64,000 bases of DNA from Takakia lepidozioides (taxonomy: Eukaryota > Plantae > Bryophyta), in contig CM060732.1 of the NCBI GenBank assembly GCA_030704615.1, positions 14,074,001-14,138,000 of the forward strand, in the 5' to 3' direction. The notes under the pieces are model-generated. The model saw only the letters and a list, made by a program, of their open reading frames with translations. It did not search any database and had not been told where the DNA came from. Below, piece after piece: positions 49,201 through 60,366 of this stretch. The translations under genes were made by a program, and so were the position numbers. The stretch's first letter is position 1. Each line of letters starts with the position of its first letter.

Positions 49201-51907
49201 CAGAATTCTTTGAAGAAGCTAAGAGTTTGTTCATCAAATACAGAGATGTATTTGCTTGGAGCTACGAGGATCTAAAAGGGATACCACCTGAAATCTGTCA
49301 ACATAAGATTGAACTGGAACCAGGGTCAGTACCAATCAAGCAGGCAAGGTACAGAATGAATCCCAACTATGCACAGAAGGTTGGAGAAGAGATCAAGAAG
49401 TTGGCTGAGGCTAAGTTTATATACCCGATAGAGTATACAACTTGGTTGTCACCCATTGTGATAGTTCCTAAGAAGAATGGGAAACTAAGAGTTTGTGTGA
49501 ACTACAAGAAGCTGAATGCTTGTACGAAGAAAGATCCTTTCCCTTTACCATTCACAGAAGCAGTATTGGACACTGTGGCAGGCCATGAGATGTACTCATT
49601 CATGGATGGCTTCAGTGGTTATAATCAAGTGCAAGTGGCAGAAGAAGACCAGGGAAAGACAGTTTTCATCACAGACTGGGGTGCTTATGCATACAAAGTC
49701 ATGCCGTTTGGACTTTGTAATGCACCAGCAACCTTTCAGAGAGTGATAAGTGAATCTTTTCATGAGTATCTGGATGATTTCATGCAGGTATTCTTGGATG
49801 ATTTCAGTGTGTACAGCTCTAAGAATGAGCACTTGCATAAGTTGGAGTTATGTCTGGCCAGATGCAGAATGAGAGGTTTGGGCCTGAATCCAGAGAAATG
49901 TACTTTTTGTGTGAACTCAAGGGTGCTTCTGGGACACGTTGTGTGTAAGAGGGGGGCTTCTTGTGGATCCCAGGAAGACAGAGGCCATTAAAGCCTCTCC
50001 ACCACCAGTGAATGTTAAGAGTCTAAGGAGATTCCTTGGGCAAACCAGTTATTACAGAAGATTTGTCAAAAGGTATGCACAAATAGCAGCACCATTGAGC
50101 AAGCTTCTAAAGAAAGATGCAGTGTTTGCATGGACAGCTGAATGTCAACAAGCTTTTGAGGAACTTACATTGTCAGTAACAACTACACCTGTGCTGATTA
50201 ACCCTCACTGGCATGTAGTATCTCATGTTCACTGTGATGCCTCAGGAGAAGCATTGGGAGCAGTGTTAGCCCAGAATGTTACAGGAAATATAGATTCACT
50301 TGTGTACTATGCTAGTAGGTTGATGAACAGTGCTGAAAGGAACTATAGCACAACTGAAAGAGAAGCACTGGCAATGATTTATGCAGTCAAGAAATTCAGG
50401 CATTACCTATTGGGAAGAAAGTTTATGTTTTATGTGGATCACCAGGCTCTGATATATCTGGTGAACAAACCTTTGATAAGTGGAAGGATAGCGAGGTGGT
50501 TAATAATCTTGCACGAGTTTGAGTTCAAAGTTGTTTACAAGCCTGGCCGTTTGCATCTTGTGGCAGATCATTTTGTCACGACTAACAACAGGAGAAGCCG
50601 CCACAGGAGTAGACGATCAGTTATCTGATGGGAGTTTATTTGTAATGGAGGTGCAAGGAAGTGCAGATGAATGGTTAGATTGGCAGTGGCCAATCAAATA
50701 CTACCTTACTCATGGTCAGTGCCCACCTAGTTATGGTAAGGAGCAAAGGAAGAGAATCGCTATCAAGGCTCTACCTTATACTATGGTAGGAGGCAGAATG
50801 TATAAGCTAGGACCTGATGGAGTACTTAAACAATGCTTGTACCACCATGAAGTAAATAAAGTTTTGGAGGAAGTTCATAAAGGAGTGGCTGGAGGTCATT
50901 TTGGAGAAGAGACTACCAGTAGGAAGATACTACTTGCAGGTTACTGGTGGCCTACTTTGTTCAAAGATGTACACAAGTATTGTCAGAGTTGTGATGAATG
51001 TCAGAGGCTAGGACCTTTGCAGAGATCTGGGAAGATGGCTTTGCATCCTACAATGCCTACGGAACCATTTCAGAAATGGGGACTAGACTTTGTTGGACCA
51101 ATTAACCCACCAGCCAAGAATACACAGAACAGGTACATAATTACAGCCACTGATTATACTACGAAGTGGGTGGAAGCTAAAGCTTTGAGGGACAACACAG
51201 CCAAGTCCACAGCAAGGTTCCTATATGAGAACATACTTACACGATTTGGCTGTCCCTTGGAATTTATCAGTGATCAGGGAAGTCACTTCATTAATGAGAC
51301 CATTGAACTATTGACTAAAGAGTTCATGATTGTGCATAGGAAGAGTACAACGTATTACCCACAGGGTAATGGGCAGGCAGAGGCTACCAACAAAATACTA
51401 TGTACTATCTTGTCTAAGATAGTCAATGCAAACAGAACGGATTGGGATACAAAGCTGCTGACAGCTTTGTGGTCATACAAGACTTCATATAAAGTCACCA
51501 CTAAGTATACACCATTCCAATTAGTTTATGGTATGGAAGCTTTACTTCCAGTGGAATTCCTGTTACCTACCATGAGAATGGAATGGGGAAAGAGAATGGA
51601 ATTGCAAGATTCAATTAAGGTCAGGAAACATGAATTATACCATGTGGAAGAAATACGTGCTGATGCAGCTGATAACATGACCAGAATTCAGATGAAGAGA
51701 AAGGAACAGTTTGATGAAGGCAAGTTAAAGACTTTTAAGACGGGAGATTTGGTTCTCTGGTTGCAAAAGAAGGGAAAGATTAAAGCTTCTAAGCTTAAAT
51801 CACCATGGAAAGGACCTTATGTCATACAGAAAATGTATGATAACAACACCGCCATGTTACAAACCATTAACAAAGAGATGCTGGAAGAGTCAATGCCAAT
51901 AAGTTGA
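46256..51907 (+). pseudogene. Gag-Pol with three frameshifts (~48900, ~49950, ~50570)
   Basis: Gag RLFPCSL...W; knuckles CAKCQNEGHTTTEC and CTICKMDNHSTENC; protease LIDGGSG; RT KDPFPLP, MDGFSGYNQ, MPFGL, FLDD; RNase H HCDAS, TEREALA; integrase HHCC, GLDFVGP, SDQG, QAE, GPY. Confidence 0.93.
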
Positions 51908-52055
51908 AGGGGTACAGTGGTATCCATGACAAACCATTGCAGCATGATTTGCATGTTGAAACGCAGAAGCAGTCACGGGCTACGCCAGTGATACCAACGG
52001 AGTATGGAGCACTTGTCGCTAGGCCGAGCGTATATGACCAGGGCGGGCAGTACAA

Positions 52056-52330
52056 GTGTGGCACAACCTATCACAGCCTATCACGGCGCGACACAGCCTA
52101 TCACAGCCCATTACAGTGCGGCACAACCTATCACAGCCCATCACGGCGCGACATAGCCTATCACAGCCCATCACGGCGCGACACAACCTATCACAGCCCA
52201 TCACAGTGTCACACAGCCTATCACAACCTACCACAGCGTGTCACAGCCTATCACAGCTTACCACAGTGCAACACAGCCTATCACAGCGTACCACAGTATG
52301 ACACAGCCTGTCACAGCTCAACACAGCTTA
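52056..52330 (+). repeat. 10-bp-based / 30-bp higher-order minisatellite downstream of pol
   Basis: About 9 copies of ACA(G/A)CCTATC-ACAGCCCATC-ACGGCGCGAC variants. Confidence 0.9.
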
Positions 52331-53034
52331 CTGGGGTTACACAATCCATAGGATCAGTGACAGGTGGACGTGAATTAACAACCGGAGAGTGGCCGGCGGA
52401 AAAGTGGACGGAGGCACGTTTAGAAATGGACACGTGGACGCCAGGGCGAGACACACAGCCGGACATGGATTGCAAGAGCGACTGTCATCAAGGAAAAAGA
52501 CAAAATTGGCCGTCAAAGTACCTACACGGCATATTAACTTATTATGGGCCCATTAATGCATACAGGGAAAGGGTAACGGAACCCTTTAAAAGTACCGAAA
52601 AGCAAAATCCATGTCACATGTGCTATCCTAGTGGACAGTCCAGAGTGGAAAATCCATGGAAGGAAATTAAATCTAAAATCCAGTCACAGCAGTTACAGCC
52701 AATCATAAGCCAGAAGCAGGATGAAGAAATTGGAGGGATTTTAAGCGCAAGAGTCGGCGTCGTTCCAAGTAACGGGCATCTCGACGGGACAGACCATCAA
52801 TGTTGTAGCTTTGAAGCTATGAAGAAACTAACATACTATACGCTCGCGATACTACTTACGCAGTGGCAGGGGGATAGAAGAACAGAGAGTATCTTTTCTC
52901 TTAATCGATGCTTGCAAGCCCCGCAGGCTTACAAGAAATTACCCATAGCATTTTGTGGCAACCATACGTTTATGCTTTGTGCCCTGCAGACATTTCTTCA
53001 ATTGTTACAGCCAAAACCTTTCTGTGGGTCTAGA

Positions 53035-54790
53035 ATGAAGAGAGTGAGAGGAATGGAAGAAATCAGGGTGAAGAGCACCACAATCCTACAGAAACAAACG
53101 ATTGCTACTCCACAGGCGATATAGTTACTGAAGGAGCTGCGATTAGAAGGATTGCAAAACAAAGATTGGACATTGCACCATAGGCAGTACATGTCACAAT
53201 TCTTGCAGAACTTTGAGCCTAGGACAGGAGCAACAACGGTGAACGGAGTTGAATTAGAAGTTACTCCCCTATACCTACAGCAATTGTTTGAATTGACATC
53301 AGGTCAGGTGCATGTGGAGGAGCACAGGGCAAGACTGCAAATAGGGGACTTATTCCAAGAAGGGAGTTTCTTTAAAACTCAGGGTTATGCTTGTACCAAG
53401 GCCGTGTACCCAGGGCTAAGGGAGGTAGGCCAGGTATTGAACGTTCTGTTTGCCATGAAACAGAACCAACAGTATTTGAGCAGATCCTTCACAAAGGAAA
53501 TACTCAAAGCCCTGAGAGGAGAAGAGGTAGCATGGGCGGACATAATGTACAACGGACTGGTAGAGGAGATGAAGAGATTACAAGGCACTGCCGCAAAGTT
53601 TCCTATCATAGTGTCTGGGCCAATCATTGCACAAATTATTCTAGACTCGTGCATACTTGATGCGAGAGAAAGGAAGGAGATGGGAGTGTTTGAGACAGCA
53701 ACCACTGCCATAGAAGAGCAAGGTTCTTCACAGGGTGAAGGGGGATTGGCAGAGCATCAACAGCCTAAGAGGCAGAGGAAAGCAATCACATTAGAAGCAG
53801 AACCATTGACTACGAGACAGCCAGAGGAAGAAGTTACTCATACTCTTGTGCAAGAGGGGGCACAACAGCACAGAGAGATGTGGGTACAAACAACGCAACC
53901 TGTGGAGAGAGAACATGAGGTTACTTCAGTATCACAGCCATCACAGCCAGATGATCGGCTTGTCACAGAGTTACCACAAGTTGTCCATGCAGTTCCACCA
54001 CAAATAATTGATTTGGAGAAAGAAGGGTTAGATATCCCAACTACAGAACAGGTGGTGGCAGAAATTGAGAAGGGGGACCTTCTTTATGAAAATTCTGGTT
54101 TGATTAGGGAAACGGTGATTCCGGAGGTGCAGCGGTTGTCCAGGGGAAACCCTGCGGTTGTTGTAATACCCACACCTCTGACGGAGGTACCACAGGTAGA
54201 ATGTTAAGACACTGCAGCACCTGTAGCGGATGAGGTGGTTCAGGAAGAAAATCTGGTGGGGCAATGGCCTGAATGGTTCGTGAGGCATCACACTGTTGAG
54301 GATCAGGGAGAACATCAGCAAGCTCACCATGATGACCCTCAAGAGGCCATGCTTATGAGTTCCGTAAGCAGGACACTTAATTTGTTGGGCACTTATGTGA
54401 AATCCCATGTTCCATCTACCCAATTGGCAGCTTTGAGGGAGGAATTCAGGAAGGAGTTTGAGGCTCGACTTGCCACTGAATGTGCAAACAAGGTCGATGA
54501 GGATGTCACTCTCAAATTACAGCAAGAGTTAGAGGATACAACAGCTGCTTTGTAGTTGGCCAAGGAACATTTGATTGAAGCAGGCCTCGCGCAGGACCAG
54601 TTGCACGAAGCACATAAGCAACAGCTATACCAAATGCAGGTGAAGCATGAGAACAAGTTGCAAGAAGTGAATGCATTACATACGGATTTGCAGACAGTGC
54701 ATGACAGGATGGCCATACAATGTGCTACACTCACAACTACGCTTGAGCAAACTACATTAGAAGTTAACAGCCAAGCGGAAAGATGTATAA
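53035..54790 (+). pseudogene. Extra 3' ORF of the gypsy element (plant-mobile-domain-like N-terminus, acidic linker, coiled coil), three nonsense stops
   Basis: ORF segments ending 53124, 54207 and 54555 are all in one frame, separated only by single TAG/TAA codons. FLQNF...VNGVELEVTP..L..LFEL...I...L.GEEVAWA resembles accessory ORFs of plant gypsy elements (inference). Confidence 0.65.
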
Positions 54791-54798
54791 AGGCACGG

Positions 54799-55955
54799 AC
54801 GGAAATGCGACACCGCATTTCCGTCCCACAGCTCCATGCCTGAGATACAAAAGGGAAATGCGGCGCCGCATTTCCGTTCTGGAATGTCGGAAGGTGCGAC
54901 TCGGACGGAAATGCGGTGCCGCATTTCAGTTCCCGTGGTTCATGATTTTCAATCAGAACGGAAATGCGGTACCGCATTTCCGTTCCACCTTCACATACCT
55001 TAGTTGTTGAATGGAAATGTCGTGCCGCATTTCTGTTCTGGAGAGTATGAAGGTCTCACCCGGACAGAAATACGGTGCCGCATTTCCGTCCCACAGCTCC
55101 ATGCCTCACATACAAAACGGAAATGCGGCACCGCATTTCCGTTCTGGAATGTCGGAAGGTGCGACTCCGACGGAAATGCGGTGCCGCATTTCCGTTTTGG
55201 AAGGTCGGAATGTGCAACTCGGATGGAAATGCGGTGCCGCATTTCAGTTCCGATGGTTTGCGATTTTCAGTCAGAACGGAAATGCGGTGCCGCATTTCCG
55301 TTCTGGAATGTCGGAAGGTGCGACTCAGATGGAAATGCGGTGCCGCATTTCAATTCCGATGGTTCATGATTTTCAGTCAGAACGGAAATGCGGTACCGCA
55401 TTTCCGTTCTGGAGAGTATGAAGGTCTCAACCGGACGGAAATGTTGTGCCGCATTTCCGTTCTGGAATGTCGGAAGGTGCGACTCGGACGGAAATGCGGT
55501 GCCGCATTTCAATTCCCGTGGTTCATGATTTCAATCAGAACGGAAATGCGGTACCGCATTTCCGTTCCACCTTCACAAACCTTAGTTGTTGAACGGAAAT
55601 GTCGTGCCGCATTTCCGTTCTGGAGAGTATGAAGGTCTCACCCGCTCCATGCCTCACATACAAAACGGAAATGCGTTGCCGCATTTCCGTTCTGGGATGT
55701 CGGAAGGTGCGACTCGGACGGAAATGCGGTGCCGCATTTCCGTCCCTCAGCTCCATGCCTCAGATACAAAACGGAAATGCGTCGCCGCATTTCTGTTCTG
55801 GAATGTCGGAAGGTGCGACTCGGACGGAAATGCTATACCGCATTTCAGTTCCAGTGGTTCATGATTTTCAATCAGAACGGAAAAGCGGTACCGCATTTCC
55901 GTTCCACTGTCACATACCGTACTTGTTGGATGGAATTGTGGCACCGCATTTCCGT
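54799..55955. repeat. 22-unit, 53-bp-period array of a 26-bp palindrome with five recurring 27-bp linkers
   Basis: Consensus ACGGAAATGCGGT(G/A)CCGCATTTCCGT starting at 54799, 54852, 54905 ... 55930; linker types recur. Confidence 0.93.
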
Positions 55956-55969
55956 TGTGGAGAGTAAGA

Positions 55970-57149
55970 ATGAGGGAGGCTTTGGCCGGGGATGAATGGG
56001 AGGAGGACAGGGCGAAGTTCCAGTTCACGAAATGGATGGAGGACCGTCGCATGCCAACTTCGGAGGAGGAGTTGTTTGTGCTTGTGGATTGGTGGTCTGA
56101 CATGGCAAAGGCCCACGCCAAACGACGTACAAAACCACTCCCATGGAAGGCAGGGTCCTTGTCCGCGGATGCGGCATTGAATGTGAGATACATATCCACA
56201 AACGCACAGGTACAACAACTCGACGCGCCCAAACAGGAAGGGTATGGTACAATTCGGAGGGTTAGAATTGTTGGGGATCAATTCATTCCTCCATCTTGGG
56301 AGCTAGTAGGGAAAACGCCCAGGGAAACAAATGTTGAGCTTGCCAAAGTCCAACATAACAATGAGGTGTTGGCTGTAAAGTTCCATCATTTCGGCATCAT
56401 AAAGTATTTTGCGTTGCATCCTCGTCGAAATGAAGGTTACACACATTGATGGAATGGGGGGACCATACGATTATGGTTGAGTATTGACAGGAAATGGGGG
56501 AATGATCGGGATAACAGGGAGTTAATGGAACGACGGGGGACGGAGCAGGAAATGCATGAGGTTAACCGACTGGTTCGATTCCGACAAAATCGCACCCAAT
56601 TGGCATGGGCGCTTTTGCACATCATGCTCAACGTCCATAATCACCACCTCTTGCACAACGACATGTCCCCCGACAACATCTCGTTGCATTTTCCACAAGG
56701 GTCTGAAGATGTGTACATCGGGGTATGCGATTGGGGGATGGCCTCCACGACGGATGACCCAAAAAACACGTTGTACATTTTCAAGAGCAGAGACAAGATG
56801 ATAAAGACTCTCGCACATAGATGGTGGATTGCACCTGAAAATTGCAATTGTTCATAATGTAGCCAACAACCAGTCAGATGGCACACCTCGTAGGCCCCCT
56901 CTAACCGTGCCATCAGAGACCTTTGCAATTGGGAAGATAGCCCAGGCAATAAATGGGGGTAACACGTTCGATGCAAGTCTGTTCAACGATATGTCTACTG
57001 GAACCTGTTTTGCTTCCGCTCTGGAAAACTTGTGTGTAGACACAGTAGAGTTGCGATACAAACTAGAAAATGTTGTGAAGCGTTTCATGACGGGGCTATT
57101 CAATTGGCCTGAGCCCAAAAATTGCTGGAGGATGGACAGAAACTTGTAG
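55970..57149 (+). pseudogene. Atypical protein kinase (intronless; stop at 56447, frameshift ~56840)
   Basis: Gly-loop-like EGYGTIRRV; Lys in LVGKT; catalytic loop HNDMSPDNI; DWG in place of DFG; WWIAPE. Confidence 0.8.
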
Positions 57150-57309
57150 ACCTTTGACTGTACATCATGTTTGAATAAATGTTGTTTTCAATTGTGTTTG
57201 TCTCATACCATAATGTTTTAATGGTTTGTTACTTGGCCATGGCACCTGGGTCCATCATATGGGATAATCAAGCACCACACCCACGAATCTTGAAGAGTGA
57301 CAGTGTACA

Positions 57310-60300
57310 CCGGGTCAATGGGTGAACCAATCATTCCCTTGCCAAATGATTTTTGATTGATTTGAAACTTTGGGAGTGTGTTGTGCATGCCTTCTTTAAG
57401 TTACCGGACAAGTATGAGGTCAATCTAAAATGGTTCTAAGGGTGAACCAATAGTTCCCCTATTAAATGATTCATGATTGAAAATTGGTTGAAAGGTTTAA
57501 CGAGTCGTTCGGGGGGCAAATGATTATTTCTTCGCTTGCAACTTTGTGTACGTGATTTGTACGTACTTAAGCACATATGGACCAAAGTTGAACTTCAACA
57601 AAGTTGTTTGAATCGGTTATTCAAATTCATAAGGAGAAACAACCTTTCGCCTGCACATGAATTGTTTTTAATTCCATTCTGAAGCCATATGCTTGATAAC
57701 AACATGAAGAGTTGCATGCAAAATATCACCATGAACAGACATCGTCTGCATCCAAAACACATTTTATTCCCTCATTTGCACTCCAAGGTGAAGTTATCTT
57801 CAACTTCATGCACTCTTCATAGAGAATTCTGCAATAGTGAGCATAGAGCAAAGGATGAACGTTTTTTTCCAAACATTTTTCTTGGTATATTTTTTGGCAA
57901 GGATGTGGTGGTGTGAGGGTTCAACTCACAGAACAAAATCAAGCAAAAAACAAAATCATTGCGCCCCACACTCATTGCGCCCTACAATCCTATGCCCTCT
58001 AAATCATTTTATTTAGTAAAAATCCAGTTCAATTCAAAATTGGATGAAAGGGTGAACGGAAACTTCCCCGATGAAATGATATTTTATTGCCCCGAAACTT
58101 TGCAAATGTCTTCTACGTCCCTCTTACACGTCTTTGAGAAGTATGACATCAATCTAAAATGGTTTAAAGGGTGAACCAATCGTCCCCCTACCAAATGATT
58201 TTAAATTGATTTGAAACTTTGCAAGTGTCTTGTACATGCCCTCTTACAGGTCTTTCACAAGTTTCAAATCAATCTAAAATGGTTAAAAGGGTGAATCAAT
58301 CATGAACATATCAAATGATTTTGGAGTGCTTTAAAGCTTTGCAAGTGTCTTTCACATGCCATTTTAAAGGTACGGACAAGTATGAGGTTAGTAAAATATG
58401 GTTGAAAAGGTGAACCAATTGTTCCGCTATCAAATGATTTTACATTGCTTTTAAGCTTTGCAAGTGTCAGCCACATGCCCTCCTACAAGTACCGGACAAG
58501 TATGACGTGAATAAAAAATGGTTGAAAGGGTGAACCAATCATTCCGCTATCAAATGATTTTATATTGCTTTGGATGTCATTGCTTTGGTAATTCTAGCCC
58601 CCCAATGGCCCATTGTAACCCTTGAATTACAATTCAAAATGCAATTCAAGCCCTTAAAATTGGTAATGCCAGTCCCTAAAATGACCAACCCCGGCCGCCC
58701 CTCAAATTGTAACTTGAGCCCTTAAAATTGTCAATTCCAACCCCTCAAATTGCACTTCTAGCCCCTGAAATGACAATTCCCGCCCCTCAAATTGCAACTG
58801 TAGCCTGTGAAATGGCAATTGCTAGTGCAGCCCCTGAAATTGGCAATTGAAGCCCCTGGAATGGCAGTTTCAGCCCCTCAAATTGCAAGTCCAGCCCCTG
58901 AAATTGGCAATTCGAGCCCCATAAATGGCAATTTCAGCCCCTGAAATTGGCTACGGGTGAACCAATCATTCCCCTGCCAAATGATTTTGGATTCTTTTGA
59001 AACTTTGCGAGTGTCTTGTACATGCCCTCTTAAAGTTACTCGACAAGTATAATGTCAATGTTAAATGGTTCAAAGGGTGAACCAACAGTTTCCCTAGTGG
59101 ATGATTCATGATTAATTGTTAACGATTGATCTCATATTACACTGGGACCTATCAGAGGGTACATTGAACACACTGACCAGTCTCAAAGCGAACGAAAATC
59201 ATTTGGATGGGCAACCATCCGTCAGCCCATTGAACGAATTTTGGTTGATCTCATATTACTCTGGGGCCTCTTCCATGGCACATTGAACATACTGGCCAAG
59301 TCTCAAAGCGAACCAAAATCATCTCGATGGCCAACCATCCGTTGAGCCATTGAATGAATTTCGATTGATCTGATATTAGTCTGGGACCTGCGAGAAGGTG
59401 TCTCAAACGTACTCGCAAAGTTTGGAAGCAAACAAAAATGATTTGGATGGGCAACCATCCATTCACCCGTTGAATGTATTTCGCTGGATCTGCTATTGCT
59501 TTGGGACCTGTTGGACTGTGTTTCGCGTGCTCACGATTTTTTTTTCATTCGGTTTTTGAATGGGACGTGTAATGTAGCCATATGCAACGTGCGTGCCAAA
59601 TTTGGGAGCGAACATAATTCATTTGGACCCAAAACCACAGTTTCTTCCTTGTTTTGCACTCCAAACTTGATTTGTGTTCAATGCACTCTTCATAGAGAGT
59701 TCTGCAATAGTGAGCAAAGAGAACACTTTTTTTTGGGGGCATTTTTTATTGGTCCAAATTTTGGCGGGGGAGTAGTGGTGGGATGTTGGAAGCCGCAGAA
59801 CAAAATTGAGCCAAAAACAAAATCGATACGTGCCAGAAACCCCCAATAAAAGGCACTGCAAACCTATTTATTGGTTTAAAATTAATTTAAATTCAATTAC
59901 ATTATGGAATGGCTTGGTGTCGATGGGGAGGCAATGATTTATTCGTCTGTTGTGTCTCCGCACACGTGTTGCACACATGTTCAAGCACATGCGGGCAAAA
60001 GAGGGGCTTCAACCACATCCGTTCAATGGGTGCAATAGCCGTGCACGCATTGCAGGATTTCTTTTTCGCAATGAACAAAAACTATATGACAATTGAACGC
60101 CTCATTGGCCCATCGAACAAATTTTGATTGATCTCATATTACACTGGGACGTATCAGAGGGTACATTGAACACACTGGCCAAGTCTCAAAGCGAACGAAA
60201 ATCATTTGGATGGGCAACCATCCGTCGGCCCATTGAACGAATTTCGATTGATCTCATATTAGTCTGGGGCCTCTTCCATGGTACATTGAAGATACTGGCC

Positions 60301-60330
60301 AAGTCTCAAAGCAAACCAAAATCATTTGGA
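57310..60330. repeat. AT-rich ~120-bp repeat array whose orientation flips at ~59115, with an inserted ~21-bp repeat block (58590-58950)
   Basis: GGGTGAACCAATC units at ~57320, 57440, 58169, 58288, 58409, 58528, 58955 and 59075. GATCTCATATTA units at 59128, 59247, 59367, 60130 and 60250 resemble the reverse complement of the same unit. GCCCCTGAAATTGGCAATT repeats lie in between. Confidence 0.8.
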
Positions 60331-60366
60331 GGAAAATGATTAATGCGTCTGTTCATTTATTTGTGA

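Larger units (their letters stand above)
45305..54790 (+). mobile_element. Non-chromoviral Ty3/gypsy element (Tat/Athila superclade-like) with extra 5' and 3' coding regions; 3' end cut off
   Basis: Contains gag-pol, upstream in-frame ORF segments, a minisatellite and a long 3' ORF; no chromodomain; paired LTRs not found in the window. Confidence 0.85.

Noticed and set aside
51904-53034. 406-aa ORF after integrase as a separate gene
   Set aside because: The start is the frameshifted integrase tail, the middle is a minisatellite, and only the part from 53035 joins the accessory ORF.
54799-55955. CRISPR array
   Set aside because: Linkers are only five recurring, partly related types; there are no cas genes or leader; the context is a plant TE block. 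Reported as a phased palindrome array instead.
54783-55995. Many overlapping ORFs (RTEMRCRISV, RKCGAAF, NGNAVPHF)
   Set aside because: Artefacts of the stop-poor palindromic repeat.
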